DNA of 32,000 nt. It comes from Okeania sp. Lineage in GTDB: Bacteria > Cyanobacteriota > Cyanobacteriia > Cyanobacteriales > Microcoleaceae. Made by a program: the position numbers and the translations under genes. Shown one piece after another: positions 14,580 to 22,075 of the stretch (position 1 is the stretch's first letter; each line of letters starts with the position of its first letter). The DNA is taken from assembly GCF_035285525.1 (NCBI RefSeq), contig NZ_JAYKGW010000092.1:9009-41008 (forward strand), given 5' to 3'. The notes beneath the pieces were generated by a model. It searched no databases and was not told where the DNA came from. It was given only the letters and a program-made list of their open reading frames with translations.

Positions 14580-14613
14580 TAGGGGTTTGATATCCAAACC
14601 CCTACATTTTTTT
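14580..14613 (+). terminator. Rho-independent-terminator-like hairpin (10-bp perfect stem, 5-nt loop, T7 tail)
   Basis: taggggtttg (14580-14589) / atatc / caaaccccta (14595-14604), followed by c-a-ttttttt (T-run 14607-14613). No intact ORF lies upstream. The nearest is the DUF4351 relic, which ends at 14424. Confidence 0.45.
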
Positions 14614-14777
14614 CTCACGAATGATTTTATATTTCTGTAATATTTAAACATTTAGCCGTTGACTATTAGCGAAAAAGCCGATCTAGCTCATCAAATGTGA
14701 AGCTTTATTAATTTTTGGGAAAACCCGCCCCTAAAAATTTAGTATTAATACATTTCATTCAATAGCATTTTTTAACT

Positions 14778-16856
14778 ATGAATATGTGGCATAAACATTT
14801 GTGGCTAAAGTTGCAAAAAATAGCAAAATATGAACCAGTAACAGTAAGTTACCTGAGAATAACACATAGTTCCTTAGATTTTCCTAGAAGCAGAAGAATC
14901 CCAACCAGGCAAATTTTCAAAATATTAATCATTGCTAGTTTAATAATATCTTTACTATTTTTCATAGTACCAACCTGGGCGCAAAGCAATGATAATTTAG
15001 AAACAGCTCCAGTAGAATTAAATGGTAAAGAATTGTTTGAAGTAGCAGGTCATAATGGAACAAATTTGACTGCTATGGAACGAGCTGCAAATATTAGTTC
15101 CAAATTAGAAAATTTCTCCAGTTCAGGTAAACCTATAAGCATAAATATAGATCGAGAAAATAAACAGTTTATTCTGCGTATTAATAATGACTATCTAGTA
15201 ACTATAACTGCTGGAGACGTGAAAGAAGGAATAAACACAGAAGAGCAAGCAGCTATCTGGAAATATAAAATTGAACAAGCTTTTAAATTTGTCAAAAAAG
15301 AGAGTCAGCCTCGCAATATCTTCATAATATTATTAATCAGTATTTGTTTGATTTTGGCAGCCTTCGCCCTAGAACTTTTTTTAAAATGGTTTGAGTTTCA
15401 AATTAATCATATTTGTGAGCAAAAATATCCTCAATTTGTCAAATTTTTACCAAAATTTTTACCAATTATTGGGGTTTCTATCAGAGTAATAGTAGGCATA
15501 GGAATCACTCTTTATATCACTTATATAATACCATTTACTCGTGGCTATCGCGAAGAACTATTACGAATTTTGTCTGATAGTTTTACTTCTCCTATTTTTA
15601 ATTTAGGCAACAAAGGTCTTTCTATTATTGATGTGGTGTTTTTAACTGCATTAACTATTGGAATGTGGAAAGGAGTTGGGTACTTTATTGAGATATTTAG
15701 AACTAAAATTATTAGTTTAACAGGAGCAGAACGAAGTGTTCAAGATACAATTAGTTTTTTAACTAGATATGGATTGATTTTTCTAGGCATAATAATTATC
15801 CTACAACTTTGGGGTGTAGATATTAGTTCTTTAGCTATTATTGCTAGTGTTCTTGGTGTAGGTATTGGTTTTGGTTTCCAGAATATTGCTAATAATTTTA
15901 TGAGTGGTATTATTATAATTTTTGAGCGACCAATTCAAGTGGGTGATTTTATTGAAGTAGGAAGTTTAGTTGGTGTTGTTGATAAAATAGGTTTGCGTAG
16001 CACTCACATTACAACTTTAGATAAAATTTCTTTGATTGTTCCTAATTCTCGATTTCTAGAAAATGAGGTTTTAAATTGGAGTCATGGCAACCCTATTTCT
16101 CGGATAAAAGTACCAGTAGGAGTTGCTTATGGTTCTAATATTAAGTTAGTGAGAAAAGCTATTTTAGAAGTAGCAAAAAGTCATCCAGAAGTTTTATTAC
16201 ATCCCTCTCCTCAACTTTGGTTTCAAGAATTTGGTGATAGTTCTCTGAATTTTGATTTATTAGTTTGGACGAGAGAACCCAAGAAACAATATCAACTCAA
16301 AAGTGAGTTAAATTATCGCATCGAAGCTAGTCTACGAAAATATAATATTGAGATTCCTTTTCCTCAAAGAGATTTGCATTTAAAGTCTCCTGAAATTCAA
16401 CAAATGATTGATACTTGGATGCAGAAAAATGCTCCTCCTGAAGTAGAAATTTGTTATCCGGAAAATGTTCGATTTAATTTAAGAAATAATGTTTATAAGT
16501 CACATATAGGAGCAGGAAAAGAAAATCATACTAAAGTATTAATTAAAGATGATATTAACCATCAAGAAGTAAAGACAAATGAAGATATAGATATATATAA
16601 ATTAGTTGCAGAAATGCGTAGTCCAAATGGAATATCAATTAAAGAACGTCAACATCGGTGGGATGTTTACTCTAAATGTTTTGTGGGTTCTGAAGCTGTA
16701 GATTGGTTAATTAAAACTCAAAAAATGAATTTGAATGAAGCAATTTCTATGGGTCAATTATTAATAGACCGTGGTTTAATTCATCATGTTACTAATAAAC
16801 ATGGTTTTAAAAATGAGTATCTTTTCTATCGTTTTTATGAAGATGAACAATATTAA
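14778..16856 (+). CDS. MscS-family mechanosensitive channel with an N-terminal secreted/periplasmic region and a C-terminal DEP-like domain
   Basis: 692 aa. MscS core: WGVDISSLAIIASVLGVGIGFGFQNIANNFMSGIIIIFERPIQVGDFIEVGSLVGVVDKIGLRSTHITTLDKISLIVPNSRFLENEVLNWSH, followed by the alpha/beta domain (YGSNIKLVRKAILEVAKSHPEVL...P.P.LWFQEFGDSSLNFDLLVW). There are several TM helices upstream, and the start region carries a signal/TM segment. Confidence 0.88.
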   Translation: MNMWHKHLWLKLQKIAKYEPVTVSYLRITHSSLDFPRSRRIPTRQIFKILIIASLIISLLFFIVPTWAQSNDNLETAPVELNGKELFEVAGHNGTNLTAMERAANISSKLENFSSSGKPISINIDRENKQFILRINNDYLVTITAGDVKEGINTEEQAAIWKYKIEQAFKFVKKESQPRNIFIILLISICLILAAFALELFLKWFEFQINHICEQKYPQFVKFLPKFLPIIGVSIRVIVGIGITLYITYIIPFTRGYREELLRILSDSFTSPIFNLGNKGLSIIDVVFLTALTIGMWKGVGYFIEIFRTKIISLTGAERSVQDTISFLTRYGLIFLGIIIILQLWGVDISSLAIIASVLGVGIGFGFQNIANNFMSGIIIIFERPIQVGDFIEVGSLVGVVDKIGLRSTHITTLDKISLIVPNSRFLENEVLNWSHGNPISRIKVPVGVAYGSNIKLVRKAILEVAKSHPEVLLHPSPQLWFQEFGDSSLNFDLLVWTREPKKQYQLKSELNYRIEASLRKYNIEIPFPQRDLHLKSPEIQQMIDTWMQKNAPPEVEICYPENVRFNLRNNVYKSHIGAGKENHTKVLIKDDINHQEVKTNEDIDIYKLVAEMRSPNGISIKERQHRWDVYSKCFVGSEAVDWLIKTQKMNLNEAISMGQLLIDRGLIHHVTNKHGFKNEYLFYRFYEDEQY
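16590..16844 (+). other. DEP-like domain at the C-terminus of the MscS-family protein
   Basis: DIYKLVAEMRSPNGISIKERQHRWDVYSKCFVGSEAVDWLIKTQKMNLNEAISMGQLLIDRGLIHHVTNKHGFKNEYLFYRFYED fits the DEP pattern G(I/L).I(K/R)(D/E)R...........F.GS(E/D).VDWL........EA...G..L...G.I.H......F.....(Y/F)YRF, as in the Dishevelled/Egl-10/pleckstrin DEP domain. Confidence 0.65.
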
Positions 16857-16872
16857 TAATTAATTATTAATT

Positions 16873-16967
16873 ATTAGGGCTTCCTGATTTAATCTGGGGT
16901 AGAAACCCGGGGTTTCTTTAAGAAACCGGGTTTCTTTGTCGTTTCCAACTAATCCGCATTAAACCCT
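16873..16967. repeat. Short MITE-like element (ends ATTAGGGCTTCCTGATT ... AATCCGCATTAAACCCT) carrying two AGAAACCCGG-GGTTTCT palindromes. It may double as the terminator of the MscS gene
   Basis: The left end 16873..16890 (attagggcttcctgattt) resembles the left end of 20038..20290. Palindromes: agaaacccggggtttct (16901-16917) and agaaaccgggtttct (16921-16935), each followed by T-rich sequence. The same palindrome family occurs three times at 28925..28991. Confidence 0.5.
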
Positions 16968-17385
16968 GCGGCTATTTCAGTTATCAGTTATCAGCATAGA
17001 GTTAAGCGATCGCCACCATAAAAAAAACCGCTGTCTTACCAAAGAGGTTTCCAAAAGCTATTGCTATTTATTCGTAAAGTTTATTTATACCGATTTAGGA
17101 ATTTCTCATTCTAATCCTAATCTGACAAAATTTCAACCCAAAATCAACATTTTTCCTCAGAAAACATTAGCCATCAAATCAATATAACTTTTTATCATAT
17201 CAAATATCCAATAGAAATATCCAAAAATCACCTATTACCCACTGCCTACTCCCTACTAATAAGTTTAACTTAACGTTATTATTCAAAATAAATATTTACA
17301 ATTTCTGCCAAAACTCTTTACAAAGGTTTACAAAATTTAGTAAGATGAAAAAAAACAAAGGTAAGTATTTGTTCTCATTGTTATC

Positions 17386-19068
17386 ATGGCTACTCAATTT
17401 CCCTGGCTAACAACCATAGTGCTTCTGCCTCTTCTGGCAGCCCTAATCATACCCCTCATACCCGATAAAAACGGAAAAACCATGAGATGGTATGCTCTAG
17501 GAGTAGGTGTTACAGACTTTGCTTTAATGTGCTACACGTTCTGGAACCACTACAATGCTAGCGACTCTGGTTTTCAACTCGTAGAAAAATATGCTTGGCT
17601 CCCTCAAATAGGATTAAGTTGGGCAGTCTCAGTAGATGGTTTATCTATGCCACTGGTGCTTCTAGCTGGCCTAGTCACAACACTTTCAATGTTCGCAGCG
17701 TGGCAAGTAGACTATAAACCACGTCTTTTTTATTTCCTAATGTTGGTCTTATACTCCGCCCAAGTAGGGGTGTTTGTAGCTCAAGATCTAATGTTACTCT
17801 TCATCATGTGGGAACTAGAATTAGTTCCTGTTTACCTACTCATATCAATTTGGGGTGGTCAAAAGCGTCGGTACGCTGCAACTAAATTCTTGCTCTACAC
17901 AGCAGCCGCATCTATATTTATTCTCGTGGCAGCTTTGGGAATGGCCTTATACGGTGGTGGCGATATTACCTTTGACATAGTGGAACTGGGTCTGAAAGAT
18001 TATCCACTAGCTTTTGAACTTTTAATGTACGCAGGATTACTAATTACATTCGGTGTTAAGTTAGCCGTATTCCCTCTACACACATGGCTACCTGATGCCC
18101 ACGGCGAAGCTTCTGCACCTGTGTCGATGATTTTAGCTGGTGTTTTGTTGAAAATGGGTGGATATGGATTAATTCGCCTCAACTTAGAAATGCTATCTGA
18201 TGCTCATGTTTACTTCGCTCCAGTTTTAGCAATTTTGGGTGTAGTAAATATTGTATACGGTGGGTTAAATTCTTTTGGTCAATCTAACATGAAGCGCCGT
18301 TTGGCTTACTCTTCTGTTGCTCACATGGGTTTTGTGTTATTAGGTATTGCTTCTTTTACTGACTTAGGAGTAAGTGGAGCTTTACTACAAATGATTTCTC
18401 ACGGATTAATAGCAGCAGTATTATTCTTCCTTGCAGGTATAACTTACGACCGTCTCCACACTTTAGCATTAGACGAAATGGGTGGTCTTGGTCAAGTAAT
18501 GCCAAAAGTATTTGCTCTATTTACTGTCAGTGCCATGGCATCTTTAGCTCTTCCTGGAATGAGTGGTTTTGCTAGCGAACTAATGGTATTTGTGGGCATG
18601 ACTAGCAGCGATGTTTACAGCTCCACATTCCGCACAGTGACAGTATTTTTAGCAGCAGTTGGTCTGATATTGACTCCAATATATCTACTCTCAATGTTGC
18701 GTCAAATGTTTTATAGCACTGGTCATGCACCAGCTTGTTTACTGAAGGATACTCCTTACGAGAATGAGATTTTAGATGAGGCAGTTTGTTTCGGTACTAG
18801 CTGTGTGATACCTGCAAAAGCTGTTTATACCGATGCCAGACCAAGAGAAGTAGCGATCGCTGCTTGTTTCCTAGTATTGATTATCGGTATTGGTTTATAT
18901 CCGAAGATAGCAACTAATATGTATGATGCCAAGACTGTAGCAGTAAATACTCAAGTAAGAGAGTCATACACATTTGCCAAAGCTAATCCTCAATTGTTTG
19001 CTAAAAGAGCTTTATTCCCCAGGATTCCTGAGTCTGAAGTATTATCAGTTTCTGGTGTGATTAAATAA
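17386..19068 (+). CDS. ndhD: NAD(P)H-quinone oxidoreductase (NDH-1) subunit 4, NdhD (D1/D2-type)
   Basis: 560 aa. [38 protein letters not shown]..., [50 protein letters not shown].(A/S)HMGFV, PGMSGFA(S/A)ELMVF. This is close to my recollection of Synechocystis NdhD1/D2. The C-terminal CFGTSCV.P...Y.DARPREV insert is typical of D1/D2-type paralogues, not CO2-uptake D3/D4. Confidence 0.9.
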   Translation: MATQFPWLTTIVLLPLLAALIIPLIPDKNGKTMRWYALGVGVTDFALMCYTFWNHYNASDSGFQLVEKYAWLPQIGLSWAVSVDGLSMPLVLLAGLVTTLSMFAAWQVDYKPRLFYFLMLVLYSAQVGVFVAQDLMLLFIMWELELVPVYLLISIWGGQKRRYAATKFLLYTAAASIFILVAALGMALYGGGDITFDIVELGLKDYPLAFELLMYAGLLITFGVKLAVFPLHTWLPDAHGEASAPVSMILAGVLLKMGGYGLIRLNLEMLSDAHVYFAPVLAILGVVNIVYGGLNSFGQSNMKRRLAYSSVAHMGFVLLGIASFTDLGVSGALLQMISHGLIAAVLFFLAGITYDRLHTLALDEMGGLGQVMPKVFALFTVSAMASLALPGMSGFASELMVFVGMTSSDVYSSTFRTVTVFLAAVGLILTPIYLLSMLRQMFYSTGHAPACLLKDTPYENEILDEAVCFGTSCVIPAKAVYTDARPREVAIAACFLVLIIGIGLYPKIATNMYDAKTVAVNTQVRESYTFAKANPQLFAKRALFPRIPESEVLSVSGVIK

Positions 19069-19071
19069 TTT

Positions 19072-19464
19072 AGGACCTACGCAAAGGTACTACATAAGGA
19101 GTATTAGTGCCTTACGAAGTAGGGTAACGCACCCTACTCGACCGCTTCATCTAAAATGGTGCAATAGGTAGGGGCGGGTTTGATCAGAAATTTTCATCTC
19201 TTTCTAGGATTTACATAAACCCGCCCCTGAGACGTTGGCTTACATCACTGGGGGCGGGTTTATCTAGTTTACTAAGAAAGCTCGTTAACTCACTTGTAAA
19301 ACCCGCCCCTACTGCATTGTTTCATCTTAATGGTGTAATAGGAAGTTGGCCTGAGATTGCTTTCGGTCCGGAATGCTACGCAAACACATTCCTTCGCAAT
19401 GACAAGTCTAATGCACTATTTTAGGTGAAATAGTCCACTACCAATAGCGTTTATGCGTAAGTAC
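19072..19464. mobile_element. Composite MITE-like element with AGGAC(C/T)TACGCA terminal inverted repeats, carrying a nested second repeat element
   Basis: The left end is aggacctacgca (19072-19083) and the right end is tgcgtaagtac (19454-19464). The internal gtcattgcg...agcaatctcaNNcc core at ~19343-19410 is inverted relative to the copies at 21936..22063 and 28593..28723. The element begins 4 nt after the ndhD stop. Confidence 0.6.
19158..19342. repeat. Double-hairpin GGGGCGGGTTT...AAACCCGCCCC element nested inside the 19072..19464 element
   Basis: Hairpin 1 is gtaggggcgggttt (19168-19181) / aaacccgcccc (19217-19227). Hairpin 2 is ggggcgggttt (19251-19261) / aaaacccgcccctac (19297-19312). 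It is flanked by direct repeats ttcatctaaaatggtgcaatagg (19146-19168) and ttcatcttaatggtgtaatagg (19321-19342). By eye it is about 80% identical to 31874..32000. Confidence 0.75.
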
Positions 19465-19527
19465 GTATAATTAATAATTGATAATGAATAATTAATAATT
19501 AAGCTTTATTGCATTTATTATTAATAG

Positions 19528-19555
19528 TAGGGACGTTTCATAGAACGTCCCTACT
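19528..19555. repeat. Palindromic dispersed repeat GTAGGGACGTT-N-AACGTCCCTAC
   Basis: gtagggacgtttcatagaacgtccctac. A second copy, gtagggacgttccatggaacgtccctac, lies at 21325..21352. Each copy is 34-70 nt upstream of a start codon (19625 and 21386). Confidence 0.9.
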
Positions 19556-19624
19556 TTAGTTTATGGACAGGTGTTATAAGAATAGAACTTACCTTGTAGA
19601 AGCAAATATAAACAGGAGTTAGTT

Positions 19625-19939
19625 ATGACAATTTTGGTAAATCAATCTGGTGGCCAAGTTCAGCATATTCATGGTTCTGTCGATTCAGAGGGCAATAAAA
19701 TGTGGGGTGAAGGTTTTAATTGCCGTAGATTAAGTAAAGGTGCTTATTTAATAGAGTTCGACATCCCATTTGTGGGTCAACCAACAGTTGTATGTACAAT
19801 TAAAGGAGACCCTCAATCTACCTTTAACATATCAGTTGGAATTGTAGAAACTGATATCTCGAAATTTGTCTGCTTCACTTCAGCACCAGATCAGGTTGTA
19901 GATTGTGGTTTCTCGTTTATTGTTTTTGGTGATGCATAA
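19625..19939 (+). CDS. Hypothetical small protein (104 aa), no recognisable family
   Basis: The ORF has a good Shine-Dalgarno sequence (aggag at 19614-19618, 6 nt before the ATG). The predicted sequence is beta-rich (AYLIEFDIPFVGQPTVVCTIKG...FNISVGIVE...FVCFTSAP...CGFSFIVFG), with no signal peptide or TM segment. Confidence 0.55.
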   Translation: MTILVNQSGGQVQHIHGSVDSEGNKMWGEGFNCRRLSKGAYLIEFDIPFVGQPTVVCTIKGDPQSTFNISVGIVETDISKFVCFTSAPDQVVDCGFSFIVFGDA

Positions 19940-20037
19940 AGAGGCAAAAAAATGAAATTACCATTATAAAAAAGATGATAAATTTTAGAACATTATCAGC
20001 AAAACAGAGAATGGCAAGAATTACAAACCTGAGATTA

Positions 20038-20290
20038 ATTAGGGCTTACTGATTAAATATCCCTCGCATTTAGAGATAAAGGTTTGAGCAATTTTAGGTG
20101 TTCAAAAAGTACCAGCTTTTTGCTTGATGGCGGGGAAAAAGTGAGAATTTTTGGGTCATTATGACAGAAAAACTAAGGGTAGATTATGAATGACCACCTT
20201 TTCTAGAACTCCGGTCAATCTTAACTCTTAACTACTCCCTACCTTAACAAAAAAACTTTTACGGTTCCCGATAAATCAGCAAACCCTAAT
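20038..20290. mobile_element. MITE-like element with ~17-bp imperfect terminal inverted repeats (ATTAGGGCTTACTGATT / AATCAGCAAACCCTAAT)
   Basis: The left end at 20038-20054 and the reverse complement of 20274-20290 (attagggtttgctgatt) match at 15/17. Internal motifs (aaaagtaccagctttt; ccttaacaaaaaaa; acggttcccgaNaaatc) recur at 21224..21310. The acggttcccgaaaaat(c) motif recurs at 12097..12113 and 26834..26850. Confidence 0.55.
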
Positions 20291-20381
20291 GAGGTTAAGT
20301 AATCATAATTTACCTAAACTACGCAAAGAAAAGCTATGCTAAAATAATATAATTGTATAATCAAAAAAAACAATTTCAGTC

Positions 20382-20441
20382 GATAGTTTTTTAACTAAAG
20401 AACAAATCTATGATAGCTTTTTAACTAGAAAACAAATCTAT
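20382..20441. promoter_or_regulatory. Perfectly abutting 30-bp tandem direct repeat upstream of the toxin-antitoxin operon (candidate operator)
   Basis: gatagttttttaactaaagaacaaatctat (20382-20411) and gatagctttttaactagaaaacaaatctat (20412-20441) differ at about 3 positions. The repeat ends 30 nt before the antitoxin ATG (20472). Its function is inferred only from position. Confidence 0.35.
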
Positions 20442-20471
20442 TTTTATTGACTATTATATCCTTGAAAAAAA

Positions 20472-20726
20472 ATGAAAGCCATTGAAGCAACAGGAATTAT
20501 TGATGAAAAAGGGCAATTATTCCTGGACCAACCTATTGAAAATTCAGTCCCAGTCAAAGTGCGAGTTATCTTACTTTTTACCGAAATAACAGCAGAAATT
20601 CAACCCGAGTTTGATGATACTTCTGTTGCAGAAATAAAAGCTAGTCTCACAAGAGCATTGCAAGAAGCAAAATCTGGACAAACTAGACCAGTTTCTCAAT
20701 TATGGGAGAGAATAGATGCAGAATGA
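20472..20726 (+). CDS. Putative type II antitoxin (84 aa)
   Basis: Small acidic ORF whose stop overlaps the start of the downstream RelE/ParE-like gene by 11 nt (atgcagaatga). The C-terminal ...EIKASLTRALQEAKSGQTRPVSQLWERIDAE resembles cyanobacterial antitoxin tails I have seen. The fold class was not determined. Confidence 0.65.
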   Translation: MKAIEATGIIDEKGQLFLDQPIENSVPVKVRVILLFTEITAEIQPEFDDTSVAEIKASLTRALQEAKSGQTRPVSQLWERIDAE

Positions 20727-21072
20727 AGCCAACCCAGTTTATATCATATTCTCAGATGAATTTGAGGAAAGATTGTATAGATTATCAAAAAAATATCGAC
20801 ACGTCCGCTCCGATATTCAACCTATTATTGAAGAAATACAAACAGGTAATTTTCTTGGGGATTGCTTTAGCGGAATAGGTGAAGAACTTTTCATCTTTAA
20901 AGTAAGAGTTCAAAATAGCAACATTCAAATAGGGGAAAGTGATGGTTATCGACTTATCTATCAAGTTGAGTCAGACACTAGGGTGCTTTTACTAACAATT
21001 TACTCTAAAACGGGACTAGAAGATATTAGTTCTAATGAAATTCGCAGTATCTTAGCTGAGTTTTATGTTTGA
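20716..21072 (+). CDS. RelE/ParE-superfamily type II toxin (118 aa)
   Basis: F.DEF...L..L.KKY..........I..I, then KVRV.NS....G.S.GYRLIY.........LLTIYSK....DIS..EI. This is the characteristic K.R..NS...(K)G(K)SGGYR.IY...LL.IY.K motif of RelE/ParE (HigB/Gp49-like) toxins. It is translationally coupled to the upstream gene. Confidence 0.72.
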   Translation: MQNEANPVYIIFSDEFEERLYRLSKKYRHVRSDIQPIIEEIQTGNFLGDCFSGIGEELFIFKVRVQNSNIQIGESDGYRLIYQVESDTRVLLLTIYSKTGLEDISSNEIRSILAEFYV

Positions 21073-21385
21073 GAGGAGTCATATCATGTCCGGTTGAGGC
21101 GAGGATGGGGAGGAAGAGTCTTGTCTACAGTCCTCACTCATAGTGTATTTTTAAATAGGGTTGGCGTATGGAAATATGAAAGCATTGACATACTAATAGT
21201 TTTAGGAACTTTAGGTGGGGAAAAAGTACCAGCTTTTAGGTCAAAAAGGTACGGTTCCCGAAAAATCAAAAAGTTAGCAATCAACACCTCACCCTTAACA
21301 AAAAAATTAAGAGACAATTCTTCTGTAGGGACGTTCCATGGAACGTCCCTACTCCTCTATAAGTCCCATTCTTACTACATTTTAT

Positions 21386-21925
21386 ATGAAAAAATTTTCT
21401 TTCTTACTTCTACCTTTTTTATTATTTGCCACTCCTTCTTTAGGTATTGAGACAAGAGATGGTAAGGTTTATTTTGCTCAACCACCTCGTTTGGTTAAAG
21501 CGGTAACTACCCGAAGCGAAACTTATGTCTGGGGTGCTACTTATTATTTTACTCTCAATTTATTGCCTGATGCTGGAGTACCACTCAAACAGGTGACTAT
21601 TAGTAACAATGATAGTCTTGGGGATATTCGATATAACCCAAGAGAAATAATTGCCTTTGAAGGAAATCATCGAAAAAATGGTGAACAGTTGAATATTGAG
21701 GATGTTGTAATAGACAGGAAAACTAATAGTGTCTCTGTAATTTTCAATCCTCCAATACCTCCAGGGAAAACTTTTACTATTGGTTTGCGTCCAGTACGGA
21801 CTCCTGGATATGGGGGGGTGTATTTATTTGGTGTGACTGCTTTTCCTGTGGGAGAAAAATCTTATCCTTATTTTCTTGGGTATGGTAGACTTCATTTTTA
21901 TAGTGGTTATGATCATTATGATTAA
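21386..21925 (+). CDS. Secreted DUF2808-like cyanobacterial protein (179 aa)
   Basis: I prefer the internal ATG at 21386, which gives the signal peptide MKKFSFLLLPFLLFATPSLG. The longer listed ORF start (21338) lies inside the palindromic repeat. The F..PP.L......(T/S).......ATYYF.L.(L/V).PDAG.PL..V.I......, ...AFEG... and GVYLFGVTAFP.GE......LGYGRLHFY motifs match my recollection of DUF2808. Confidence 0.65.
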   Translation: MKKFSFLLLPFLLFATPSLGIETRDGKVYFAQPPRLVKAVTTRSETYVWGATYYFTLNLLPDAGVPLKQVTISNNDSLGDIRYNPREIIAFEGNHRKNGEQLNIEDVVIDRKTNSVSVIFNPPIPPGKTFTIGLRPVRTPGYGGVYLFGVTAFPVGEKSYPYFLGYGRLHFYSGYDHYD

Positions 21926-21935
21926 TCAAATTAAT

Positions 21936-22063
21936 AGGACTTACGCAAAATAACGTACTTCTGTCATTGCGCTGACAGCGTTTTGCTCCGGGACATGTTT
22001 GCGGAGCATGACATTAGGAAAGCAATCTCAAACCTTGAAACTGCCTTCTTAATGCGTAAGTCT
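21936..22063. mobile_element. MITE-like element, AGGACTTACGCA terminal inverted repeats (128 bp)
   Basis: aggacttacgca (21936-21947) ... tgcgtaagtct (22053-22063). The internal gtcattgcg..gacagcgttttgctccgggacatg..agcaatctcaaacc is shared with 28593..28723. It starts 11 nt after the stop of the DUF2808-like gene. Confidence 0.65.
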
Positions 22064-22075
22064 TGATAGAAAGAT

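Noticed and set aside
17317-17346. Possible ndhD promoter: TTTACA (17317-17322) - 18 nt - TAAGAT (17341-17346).
   Set aside because: This is only a loose match to sigma70 consensus in very AT-rich DNA, where such matches arise by chance. There is no supporting evidence, so it is not listed as a feature.
17386-19068. ndhD as a CO2-uptake (NdhD3/D4, cupA-associated) paralogue.
   Set aside because: There is no adjacent ndhF3/F4 or cupA/cupB. The sequence and the C-terminal CFGTSCV...DARPREV segment resemble the NdhD1/D2 type from memory. A phylogeny would be needed to settle this.
21094-21450. 118-aa ORF between the toxin gene and the DUF2808-like gene.
   Set aside because: It is translated straight through dispersed repeats (the acggttcccgaaaaatc block and the GTAGGGACGTTCCATGGAACGTCCCTAC palindrome) and overlaps the signal-peptide start of the better-supported 21386..21925 CDS.
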